Virus record (IMG/VR): IMGVR_UViG_3300043427_000906
Coordinates: 1-60,217 of that record
Source: a virus
Lineage: Duplodnaviria; Caudoviricetes
Strand: one strand, 5' to 3'
Length of the DNA: 60,217 nucleotides
Part shown: positions 1 through 7,564 of the stretch, piece after piece
Layout of the letters: each line of letters begins with the position of its first letter
Position numbering within the stretch: position 1 is the stretch's first letter
Notes under the pieces: generated by a model
What the model was told of the DNA's origin: nothing
The model's database searches: none
The model's input: only the letters and a program-made list of their open reading frames with translations
Made by a program: the position numbers and the translations under genes

Positions 1-8
1 GCATTTTT

Positions 9-182
9 TTACGCGTTCTCATAGGATAAAGATTTTATAAGGATTTCAGTTATAGTGTCTTGTACTTCGAATTCATCTTGGTCATCGGTGTCAATGCAAT
101 CCTTCACGTAACCAAGTTCGACTAGCTTATCCGTAATTCGAATAGCGATGTCGGTGATGTCATTTTCAGATAGCTTCTTCAT
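9..182 (-). CDS. Small acidic early protein, 57 aa (MKKLSENDITDIAIRITDKLVELGYVKDCID...SYENA); present only in allele A
   Basis: Translated by hand; ATG overlaps the end of the upstream ORF, stop overlaps the start of the next gene (MRTRKK). Confidence 0.75.
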   Translation of the reverse strand: MKKLSENDITDIAIRITDKLVELGYVKDCIDTDDQDEFEVQDTITEILIKSLSYENA

Positions 183-300
183 AGGTAGGAGATTTTAAGA
201 TGATTGAATCGGATTCGAATTTTACTATAGCCCATCCCAAGTACATTAGTTGGGCGGCTAGTTGCTGACCACTGAGGGTGGTTAGGTCAATTGTCTGCAT
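166..300 (-). CDS. Small early protein, 44 aa (MQTIDLTTLSGQQLAAQLMYLGWAIVKF...)
   Basis: Translated by hand; 3 of the 5 allele differences versus the end copy are synonymous in this frame. Confidence 0.7.
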   Translation of the reverse strand: MQTIDLTTLSGQQLAAQLMYLGWAIVKFESDSIILKSPTYEEAI

Positions 301-317
301 AACTGATTTTTAAATGA

Positions 318-422
318 TTAAAACAATGTTGATGCGATAAGTAGGCAGATGCCAAACACCGCGATAAAATAGCAAAAACCTTCGATAATTTGTCTTGCTT
401 CGTTCGTAGTTTGATGCTTCAT
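318..422 (-). CDS. First early gene, 34-aa single-TM peptide (MKHQTTNEARQIIEGFCYFIAVFGICLLIASTLF)
   Basis: Translated by hand; hydrophobic C-terminal half; lies directly 3' of the hammerhead. Confidence 0.65.
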   Translation of the reverse strand: MKHQTTNEARQIIEGFCYFIAVFGICLLIASTLF

Positions 423-434
423 AACTATGGGGTT

Positions 435-485
435 AGGTTTCGCCTTGCTGAGGCTCATCAGTACGGACAGCATATCCGTAGACCT
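435..485 (-). ncRNA. Type III hammerhead ribozyme
   Basis: Minus strand reads AGGUC^UACGGA-UAUGCUG-UCCGUA-CUGAUGA-GCCU-CAGCA-AGGC-GAAACCU: complete core (CUGAUGA, GAAA, GUC), stems I-III, and loop1 UGCUG complementary to loop2 CAGCA. Confidence 0.92.
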
Positions 486-877
486 TGTCACTTACCGAGC
501 AGATACCAGTGATAAATCGACTGGCTCGTTAACCCGACCAGTGCAGACCTTTCGGCTCTCTGCACCCAACACCCTAACTTCGACTGGCGAAGGTTTGGCG
601 CGACCTAACGTGAACACTGGGAGTTGGTACGAAACCGCCAGTGTGCCTGATGTTTATTTGCTGAGGAGGGCATCCTCAAGTCCCATTCCCACTCTTCGTG
701 GTGGCTCACAACGTTTTACAACGGAAGGCTCATATCGGGACTATCGCTATGCATTTATCGTGGTTTGGTGACTGGCTATCCATCGTAAGCACCTTGTCGG
801 GTGGATGGGTAAGAGTGCGTTGCCCTAACACGTTGTAGCGAACATTTGAAAGAACTGCGGACTCATTGTCGAATCCG
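481..877 (-). ncRNA. ~400-nt structured early leader RNA between promoter and ribozyme cleavage site
   Basis: No credible ORF; many hairpins (GUGCAG..GCC-GAAA-GGU-CUGCAC; CACUGG/CCAGUG; AGUCCC/GGGACU; UGAGGA/UCCUCA; CCAC-GAAGA-GUGG; CCAGU/ACUGG); 5' end approximate. Confidence 0.65.
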
Positions 878-880
878 ATG

Positions 881-913
881 CAAACATAGGGTGGCAGGGT
901 AACTACTTCCAAA
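881..913 (-). promoter_or_regulatory. Bacteroidota sigma-type early promoter
   Basis: TTTG (913-910), 21 nt, TATGTTTG (888-881); matches the -33/-7 consensus TTTG/TAnnTTTG. Confidence 0.8.
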
Positions 914-933
914 TTTATTTTTAAAATTGATGG

Positions 934-995
934 TTATCCACACAAAAAAACCTTCGTAACTTGGTGAAAATCATAGCATAGAAAAGTTATCCACA
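934..995 (+). promoter_or_regulatory. Two perfect DnaA boxes
   Basis: TTATCCACA at 934-942 and 987-995, same orientation, AT-rich intergenic context. Confidence 0.7.
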
Positions 996-1060
996 TTCCA
1001 AAAGTTTTTTTACGAGGGGTGGTGAAAACGGGTAAAAATGGGCAAAATAATCCCAAAATA

Positions 1061-1126
1061 TTTAGCAAACGAATGCTAAAGAAATTAGTCGCTCACAATG
1101 AAAGCAAAATGCTAAAGAGATTAGCA
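1061..1126. promoter_or_regulatory. Clustered TGCTAA/TTAGCA inverted repeats (operator- or iteron-like)
   Basis: TTTAGCA-N6-TGCTAAA (1061-1080), TGCTAA-N5-TTAGTC (1074-1090), TGCTAA-N5-TTAGCA (1110-1126). Confidence 0.55.
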
Positions 1127-1149
1127 ATGGTAGGGGGTTCGGGGGTATA

Positions 1150-1479
1150 CTAGAGCCGTTTATTCACTAGGTAGTTACGTAAGTAAGAAAGGTATTCACG
1201 TCCAGTAGAAGAGATAGAATAATACTTGCCTTCACGTATAAGCAAACCCAGTTGGACAAGAGTGTTAAGAGTGTTCCAACTATTGCGGACATCCGGCACA
1301 ACGACGTGGGGACGGAAGCCGTTAACGTATCCAGTCAGATGAGAGATAGAAGAACGACCAAGCCGACGCGAAGCATAGAGGTAACGCAACTGGGAGTCAC
1401 TGAGTGGACGAACACCGATGCGACGAGAAGCACGATAGTTTGCCGCATCCCCCATTAGATAGTATTTTTCCGGCTTCAT
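1150..1479 (-). CDS. Winged-helix (MarR/ArsR-like) DNA-binding protein; start probably MKPEKYY rather than 1629
   Basis: C-terminal NTLNTLVQLGLLIREGKYYSISSTGREYL is a typical wHTH recognition helix plus wing. Confidence 0.6.
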   Translation of the reverse strand: MKPEKYYLMGDAANYRASRRIGVRPLSDSQLRYLYASRRLGRSSISHLTGYVNGFRPHVVVPDVRNSWNTLNTLVQLGLLIREGKYYSISSTGREYLSYLRNYLVNKRL

Positions 1480-1997
1480 TGGTTGGGTATTTTTACTGGT
1501 GGTAGGTTCATAAGGATGGTTGAATTGAAGAGGGGGAGGGGTGGCTACTGTATCTTTAAACACACACGCATAACCTACACATTCACAATATTTTACGAGC
1601 ATTATATGTAGTTCAGTTTCCCTATTCATTCTATATCACTGGGATTCCATACTAGAATAACCACAACCTAACGCAATATGTGTCAGCCAGTTAGCTATTG
1701 TATGGGGGTTATATGGTATTACCCGTTCGGGCATAAAATCGTTTTTGGAACTGCCTAAAACACCCCCACCCAGTTTGCGTTTTGCGATTCGCAAAAAAAT
1801 TCAAAAGCCACTTAAATAATACATAACCCCCACTCCATACCCACACACAACCCATATAAAATCCCAGATCCAAAACTCCCGCCTTTTTGCGCGCTATCCT
1901 TCCCCTCAAATCTTATCACTGGCGTATCTATTCAAAGATAATAATAAGCCCGTAATCGGTCTGGAAATGGATACTCACATCTGTGGAGAAATGGGTG

Positions 1998-2029
1998 TTT
2001 GTCGGTTCGGGGTTTTGTTTGTATGTTTG
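1998..2029 (+). promoter_or_regulatory. Bacteroidota-type promoter for the rightward arm
   Basis: TTTG (1998-2001), 20 nt, TATGTTTG (2022-2029); same -7 octamer as the leftward promoter. Confidence 0.75.
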
Positions 2030-2032
2030 TGT

Positions 2033-2230
2033 GGCTACGTTATCCGGGTGCATGGAGATAACATCAAGGGGGCCCCGTAGCTGTGCGAAGATTGAAACTT
2101 CGGCGACGATTTAATAGGACAGGTCAACACGTATAAACCGGCGGAAGACCCTCCACAGGCGATGCCACCAAATAGGATGGACGGCCTTAAACAACCCTAA
2201 GGGGGGAAAGGGGGGTGTGCTCAGAATTTT
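2033..2230 (+). ncRNA. Structured GC-rich leader or small RNA
   Basis: GGCTACG/CGTAGCT, GTTATC/GATAAC, CGAAG-ATTGAAA-CTTCG, GGTC/GACC and AGGC/GCCT stems; no ORF until 2283. Confidence 0.45.
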
Positions 2231-2282
2231 CTTGGCTCAGATTTAATGCTTTTTTATCTCTCGTTTAATTAATTTGCACCTT

Positions 2283-2444
2283 ATGGAAATGTTACTTCGT
2301 AAAGATGGTTCTTATTCTCGTCGTGGTCTATGGGATAATATCAGGGCCAAGGCTGGTAGTAATAAGAAGCCAACTAAGAAAATGCTAGAGCAGGAACGTA
2401 AAATAAAAAAAGATGCCTCTAAAAAAAGCAAAAAAGAAAAGTGA
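2283..2444 (+). CDS. Small basic protein, 53 aa (MEMLLRKDGSYSRRGLWDNIRAKAG...)
   Basis: Translated by hand, below ORF-track cutoff; Lys/Arg-rich. Confidence 0.7.
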   Translation: MEMLLRKDGSYSRRGLWDNIRAKAGSNKKPTKKMLEQERKIKKDASKKSKKEK

Positions 2445-2586
2445 GCTCCAGTCAGCCATCTCGGCTAACATCCGTGAGCTGATGGCGGATAACAAGAAAA
2501 AGGGTAAGGCAAAGGGAGCTGGTGGTAAGGCCAGATCCAAGAAGCAGATCCTTGCTATTGCTATATCAGCCGCTAAAGGTAAATGA
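2413..2586 (+). CDS. Small basic protein, 57 aa (MPLKKAKKKSELQSAISANIRELM...KQILAIAISAAKGK)
   Basis: Translated by hand; resembles the common phage MPLKK..ISxNI..Q.vAIA family; ATGA overlap with the HNH gene. Confidence 0.7.
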   Translation: MPLKKAKKKSELQSAISANIRELMADNKKKGKAKGAGGKARSKKQILAIAISAAKGK

Positions 2587-2852
2587 GAAAGCACACTAAG
2601 GTTTACTTAGACTTCTTTGGTTACGGGATGGATAGCTGGATGCCCTGTGAGGTATGCGGATCTACTGCCGTGGATATTCACCATATCGCGGCTCGGGGTA
2701 TGGGTGGGTCTAAGAATAAAGATGAGATTGACAACCTAATGGGTCTTTGTCGGTCCTGCCATATTGAGTATGGCGATAAGAAAAAGTACATGGATATGCT
2801 TTCTGAGGCGCACATGCGTTTCATGGATAAGTATAGTAATTCACATTTGTAG
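2583..2852 (+). CDS. HNH endonuclease (packaging-associated type)
   Basis: CEVC...DIHHI...NLMGLCRSCH. Confidence 0.85.
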   Translation: MRKHTKVYLDFFGYGMDSWMPCEVCGSTAVDIHHIAARGMGGSKNKDEIDNLMGLCRSCHIEYGDKKKYMDMLSEAHMRFMDKYSNSHL

Positions 2853-2899
2853 ATAAGTAATATGATCAAGATATCCACATCTTGTAGTAATTTAGTCAT

Positions 2900-3469
2900 A
2901 TGCAGCCTATCTACAAGATATTCGTTAAGATTGACAAGCGGTTTCAGGACGAGATAGAAACCGAGTCTGGCTTAAAGCTATACAAAGATACTTCATTCAA
3001 ACAAGAGGAGAACTCAACAATTGTTGGGCAGGTGGTTGCTGTACCAGATAAGTATGACCACTCTATGGGATCTGAAGATTTCAAGGCTAACGTAAAAGCA
3101 GGAGATAAACTATATTTCCATTTCTTGGTGGCCATGGATGAAGAGAATAGGATAGAGGTGGATGGTGAGGAGTACTGGATGGTAGATTATTTTAACGCGA
3201 TCGCGCTGGTGCGCGATGGTAAGATAATACCTGTCGGTGATTATATATTATTAGATCCAATCAAAGAAAAGATTGAGACCAGCTTGATAGTCCCAGACAC
3301 TGTTGATAAGGAAGGTACTCGCGGACTGGTGGTAGCAAGTAATGATCCTAGTATCTCGGAAGGGTCTATTGTGGAGTATGAAGAGGTCGGAAAGTTTTGG
3401 AATATCATCGAGGGGCGTAGGCTATATTGCATGTTCAACCAAAACATTTTATTTATACACAATGACTAA
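2900..3469 (+). CDS. Co-chaperonin GroES-like protein with two tandem domains
   Basis: Domain 1: ETESGLKL..GQVVAVP..VKAGDKLYF; domain 2: PVGDYILLDP..SLIVPD..GLVVAS..EGSIVEY. Confidence 0.75.
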   Translation: MQPIYKIFVKIDKRFQDEIETESGLKLYKDTSFKQEENSTIVGQVVAVPDKYDHSMGSEDFKANVKAGDKLYFHFLVAMDEENRIEVDGEEYWMVDYFNAIALVRDGKIIPVGDYILLDPIKEKIETSLIVPDTVDKEGTRGLVVASNDPSISEGSIVEYEEVGKFWNIIEGRRLYCMFNQNILFIHND

Positions 3470-3800
3470 GCAACAGATGAAACAGATAAGAGAGATTGCA
3501 CATAGGCTACCTATTGTTTATGAACAGTGTACTTCTGGTGGTCAGGTGGTAGAGAGTGGTGATGGTAATGATGTATTTATGCCAAATATTTATAACCACC
3601 CGGTCAATCATGTTCGTAGAATGAGGAAGGCTTATGAGCAGCTTGGGATGGATGGTATTAAAAGCTATTTAGAAAGTATTCACCAACTTCAATTAAAGAG
3701 AAATGAAACTCTCAAAGAAGACATCGCAAGTGGTAAGTTCTCACCCCAAGGGGATAGTTTACCAGCAGATAGTAAGTCTATTCCTGAAGATAGGAAGTAA
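3462..3800 (+). CDS. Hypothetical protein (probable start MTKQQMK)
   Basis: ORF track; start chosen by overlap with the GroES stop. Confidence 0.6.
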   Translation: MTKQQMKQIREIAHRLPIVYEQCTSGGQVVESGDGNDVFMPNIYNHPVNHVRRMRKAYEQLGMDGIKSYLESIHQLQLKRNETLKEDIASGKFSPQGDSLPADSKSIPEDRK

Positions 3801-3884
3801 GACGTTTTCTATCCACTTTAGCTATCCCGGTCTTGTAAAGACTTGGGAAGAGTGGCAGCATGAAATAGATTTAAACTTCTACGA

Positions 3885-4382
3885 ATGCTAGACTGCCAGA
3901 CAGAGCTTGGTGAGTTCTTTATGCAAGAACAGTATCGGGTACAGGGTGTGCTTGAGACTAGAGGTTACACGGTTATTAATACCAGTGGTCTGGAGAATAA
4001 CAGCGATGTAATACTCGTCAAGCCTGTTGACGGTAGGTTGACGATTGTAGGGCTAGCAGAGATCAAGTGTAGAAAAAGTGCAGGTTGGGTACCACTTACT
4101 AGAAAGTACTTGTCAGAGAATGGCGGTTATCTCATAACCAACCAGAAACTAAAGTATGGCGGGTTTGCTAGTTCTTTATACCGTGTACCATTCTTTGTGA
4201 TTGTATCACTAATGGAGGAAGGTGTAATACTAGTGTGGCAGATAACAGATAGTAAGGGTAACTTTGTAGAGAAGTATGATATTAAAAAAACGGTTACTAG
4301 GAAGACGGTGAATGGAGGTGAGATAGCTAGAGAAAATGCGTTCCTTCCTATTAACTCAAAATATTTAACAACCATTGAGTAA
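3885..4382 (+). CDS. PD-(D/E)XK nuclease-fold protein
   Basis: SDVILV...LAEIKCR motif. Confidence 0.6.
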   Translation: MLDCQTELGEFFMQEQYRVQGVLETRGYTVINTSGLENNSDVILVKPVDGRLTIVGLAEIKCRKSAGWVPLTRKYLSENGGYLITNQKLKYGGFASSLYRVPFFVIVSLMEEGVILVWQITDSKGNFVEKYDIKKTVTRKTVNGGEIARENAFLPINSKYLTTIE

Positions 4383-4740
4383 AGGAATAGCTGCCGAGGT
4401 TTTGTTTGACTACCACATCATTGAGCGTGGTATGATGACAGCACGCCCGATATATGATTCTGGTTATGATCGTATTGTTGATCATAAAGGCAATCTAACC
4501 CGGGTGCAGATTAAGATGACCGCCTGCAAGCAGAGTGGTTCTTACTGGGTATCTACTAGTGGTGTAAAAAGAAGAAGGTATGTTAATGAATTTGATGTAC
4601 TGGCTATTTATATAAAGCCTGCGTGTGCGTGGTTACTGATGCCGTTTTCTGAAATCACTGGCAGCGCAATGCGTGTGAAGGTTGATGGTAGATTTGAAAA
4701 GTATGTAAACAATTGGGGAATATTCTATGCGAAGAACTAA
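4375..4740 (+). CDS. PD-(D/E)XK endonuclease (PDDEXK_5-like)
   Basis: KGIAAE...YDRIVD...RVQIK...FDVLAIY. Confidence 0.7.
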   Translation: MSKGIAAEVLFDYHIIERGMMTARPIYDSGYDRIVDHKGNLTRVQIKMTACKQSGSYWVSTSGVKRRRYVNEFDVLAIYIKPACAWLLMPFSEITGSAMRVKVDGRFEKYVNNWGIFYAKN

Positions 4741-5173
4741 AAATATAAAGATAAATATGTACCAGTGTGCGGTACATTTTATTCTTACCGATGATCTAGC
4801 TAAGGAGTATAACCGCATTTACCGTAAGCATAAGGAACTGCCTATATACGCAGCGGAAGATGGTGAGGCTTGGACACTTACGTTTGATATTTCTGATTAT
4901 TATATCCTAGTATCAGAGAAACATAAGTTTGTTAATACAATAGCGCACGAGGTATATCATGTTGTATACAGTATACTTAATGATAGGGATATTGATGACG
5001 AGGAGAATGGGGCTTGGCTGTGTGGTATGCTGATTGATGAGGCGTTTAAATTTTATTTTAAAACTAAGGATAATGGCATTCATAGACCGGTTCGTAAAAT
5101 TGAAGGTGATGTTGGAGGGACCATCGGGGTCAGCTCTGATAACGTACGTCTACATAAACCCAATGACGATTGA
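4727..5173 (+). CDS. Zincin-like HExxH protein
   Basis: TIAHEVYH...EENGAW. Confidence 0.55.
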   Translation: MRRTKNIKINMYQCAVHFILTDDLAKEYNRIYRKHKELPIYAAEDGEAWTLTFDISDYYILVSEKHKFVNTIAHEVYHVVYSILNDRDIDDEENGAWLCGMLIDEAFKFYFKTKDNGIHRPVRKIEGDVGGTIGVSSDNVRLHKPNDD

Positions 5174-5321
5174 CGCATTCACAGAAGAGGTTGTTACTTA
5201 CGATCTTGACTATGAGAAGGGTATCGATCAGGATGCGGTTCGTGTTTGGACAAAGCATGATATACATCTTGTGCTCATGCATGTAGATGATTTTATGGAA
5301 ATGTTAAACAAGAGATATTGA
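5073..5321 (+). CDS. Hypothetical protein (probable start MAFIDRF)
   Basis: ORF track; fills the gap before the glycosyltransferase. Confidence 0.55.
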   Translation: MAFIDRFVKLKVMLEGPSGSALITYVYINPMTIDAFTEEVVTYDLDYEKGIDQDAVRVWTKHDIHLVLMHVDDFMEMLNKRY

Positions 5322-6289
5322 AAATATTATCTTGGATAAAAGCGTTAGATGGATGTTCTTACCATCGTGTGTTTATGCCTAATAGCTATGTTAAGGCTGA
5401 GGTTAAAACTGTGTCTAACTTAACTGAAGAGGATCTAAAGTGGTGTGATATATTACACTACTCTAGGCATGTAATGATCTCTCCTGTTTTTATAGCTCAG
5501 CAGGCCAAGAAGCATAATGTTAAAGTGGTGGTTGATACGGACGACTGGTGGGAGGTGGGTAAGGATCATCCTAAGTATCATATGTGGAAGAAGAGTGATA
5601 TTGGTTTGCAGATACGCCAGCATTTGATTTATGCTGATGCGGTAATAGCTACTACAGATAAGCTGGCTTCTATAGTCCCAAATAAGAATGTGTATGTAAT
5701 TCCTAATGCACTACCATATGGGGTAGGACAGTTTAGAGAACACGAGCTGCCAAATAGTGATAAGATACGATTGATATATGCTAGTTCTGCCATGAACTAT
5801 GCGAATACATTTTTAATAGCTGGCGCCATGAAACAACTAGTTGATCTGCCGGTAGAGTGGGTTATAGTTGGTTATGTAGAGGGTGATGTGTATGATATTA
5901 TATTACATAACCTTACTGCAGATGGTAAGATACCACACACTACTGTTGAATGGTCTGGTGTAGAGGATTATATGTCTGGGTATAAAGGAGATATACTAGT
6001 CGTACCAAGCAAATCTAATGAGTTTAATTCTTACAAGAGTAACATAAAAGTTCTTGAAGCTGCCGCTTTGAATATCCCTATCCTTATATCAAAGGCAGAA
6101 CCATACTTAAACATGCCAGTAAATTATTTTTCTGGTGATAATGAATTTATTTCCGAGTTAACTAGACTAGTAAAATCAGTAGAGTATAGAAGACAATCAG
6201 CAGCTAGGACTAGAAAGTTTTGTTTAGATAATTATGACCTATACAAGTGGGGTGAAAAAAGATTAAAAATTTATGAGCAAATCCTTTAA
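5318..6289 (+). CDS. Glycosyltransferase, GT-B (GT4-like)
   Basis: GCSYHRV, VVDTDD, VIPNAL, FNSYKSNIKVLEAAALNIP. Confidence 0.85.
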   Translation: MKILSWIKALDGCSYHRVFMPNSYVKAEVKTVSNLTEEDLKWCDILHYSRHVMISPVFIAQQAKKHNVKVVVDTDDWWEVGKDHPKYHMWKKSDIGLQIRQHLIYADAVIATTDKLASIVPNKNVYVIPNALPYGVGQFREHELPNSDKIRLIYASSAMNYANTFLIAGAMKQLVDLPVEWVIVGYVEGDVYDIILHNLTADGKIPHTTVEWSGVEDYMSGYKGDILVVPSKSNEFNSYKSNIKVLEAAALNIPILISKAEPYLNMPVNYFSGDNEFISELTRLVKSVEYRRQSAARTRKFCLDNYDLYKWGEKRLKIYEQIL

Positions 6290-6941
6290 CGTAATAATAG
6301 CTACAGCTGGTAGACCAACCCTACAAAGGATGGTTGATAGCATTGCACCACAGCTACAGGAGCAGGATTATCTTACTATCATATGGGATTGTCAACCTAT
6401 AGCTTTACAAATTGATAGCGCTTGTAAAGTTATATCTTTACATAACCCCGAACCATTAGGATTCTGGGGGCATGGTTCTAGAAACAGGTGGCAGGACGAG
6501 CTACCCGGAGATTATTTTATGAACGCCGATGATGATGATATATATACAAAGGATGCTATGTCTATCATTAGAGAATATTGCACAGATAATAAACTATACA
6601 TATTTCAGTTCTTGTATGCAAATTCTAAGATACCAGATGGTGATGTTATTAAAGTTGGCAATATTGGTACGCCTTGTGGTGTATATCCTAAAGTCAATAA
6701 GTTTCCAACTTGGGAGCATATGTTTGGCGGGGATGGTGAATTTTATATTAAGCTTGCTAAGATGATACCTTACCAACATATTAATAAGGTTATATATTCT
6801 GTAAAACCAACAGAGAATGATAATACGATACCAGAGAAGGAGTATAAGCATTGCACTTGTGGTGTTATGGCTAATATGTACTATGATGAAATTTTTAAAA
6901 CGTGGCGTGGTTTTTGCCATAGATGTGATAAGCAATTATGA
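6273..6941 (+). CDS. Glycosyltransferase family 2
   Basis: VIIATAGRPTL...GHGSRN...YFMNADDDD (DxD); C-terminal CxC...CxxC. Confidence 0.8.
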   Translation: MSKSFNVIIATAGRPTLQRMVDSIAPQLQEQDYLTIIWDCQPIALQIDSACKVISLHNPEPLGFWGHGSRNRWQDELPGDYFMNADDDDIYTKDAMSIIREYCTDNKLYIFQFLYANSKIPDGDVIKVGNIGTPCGVYPKVNKFPTWEHMFGGDGEFYIKLAKMIPYQHINKVIYSVKPTENDNTIPEKEYKHCTCGVMANMYYDEIFKTWRGFCHRCDKQL

Positions 6942-7564
6942 TACACTATTTTTTAGAAGGTAATTTAGGGTTTGACTATAGAGACAGCTGGCATAAATAT
7001 GCTGGTCATTTAGAGCTCATACATTGGGATTGCTCTAATCTTCCATTAGATAAATACCCAGAATTAAAAAAGTTAATTGATAACAAGAAGTATTCTATGT
7101 TATCGGATTTTATTAGATGGTGGGCGATTTATGAATACGGTGGAGTGTACCTAGACTTTGATGTAGAACTGATTGCACCTTTAGATAAGGTTCTAGAGTT
7201 TGATTCTTTTGTTTCTATAGAAGGCCATCCAGTATTCCCTAATGGTGCTGTGTCTGGTGGGAAGAAAGGGAACAAGTACCATGCTGAAATATTGAATTGC
7301 TACTTTGATGTAGTTAACGGCGTAAAAAATTACAATGTTCCTATTGAAGTAGCCTGTAGCCCATGGATGTTAAAGGATTATGTAGAAGCTAAGAAAGGCA
7401 AACCGTTAGATGATTCAGATTTATATCAAGTAAAAGAATATAATGGATTTGTAACGCTGCCAAAAGAATATTTCTATCCATATAATTGGAACGAGGAGTA
7501 TAGGCCATCATTATTAACACCAAACACCATTGGGATACATTGGTGGAAACATAGTTGGAAATGA
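6938..7564 (+). CDS. Glycosyltransferase family 32 (DXD sugar-binding, OCH1-like)
   Basis: IHY...SDFIR..AIYEYGGVYLDFDVE...YFYP...IHWW..SW. Confidence 0.85.
   Translation: MIHYFLEGNLGFDYRDSWHKYAGHLELIHWDCSNLPLDKYPELKKLIDNKKYSMLSDFIRWWAIYEYGGVYLDFDVELIAPLDKVLEFDSFVSIEGHPVFPNGAVSGGKKGNKYHAEILNCYFDVVNGVKNYNVPIEVACSPWMLKDYVEAKKGKPLDDSDLYQVKEYNGFVTLPKEYFYPYNWNEEYRPSLLTPNTIGIHWWKHSWK

Larger units (their letters stand above)
1..416. repeat. Terminal overlap, allele A (matches 59962-60217 but carries an extra 160 bp, positions 23-182)
   Basis: 1-22 = 59962-59983; 183-416 = 59984-60217 with 5 substitutions (183, 238, 259, 264, 289); 290-416 identical (127 bp). Confidence 0.95.

Noticed and set aside
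1-416. True physical direct terminal repeats
   Set aside because: The copies differ by a 160-bp indel and 5 SNPs, with an identical block of exactly 127 bp; assembly of two alleles is more parsimonious, pending read data.
427-912. ORFs 427-771 (+) and 730-912 (-) from the track
   Set aside because: The first is antisense to the ribozyme/leader; the second starts inside the promoter. Neither has recognisable protein features, and the region is better explained as structured RNA.
3703-3891. 62-aa ORF overlapping the preceding gene
   Set aside because: Half overlaps another ORF and has no motif; it may be real but cannot be supported from sequence alone.
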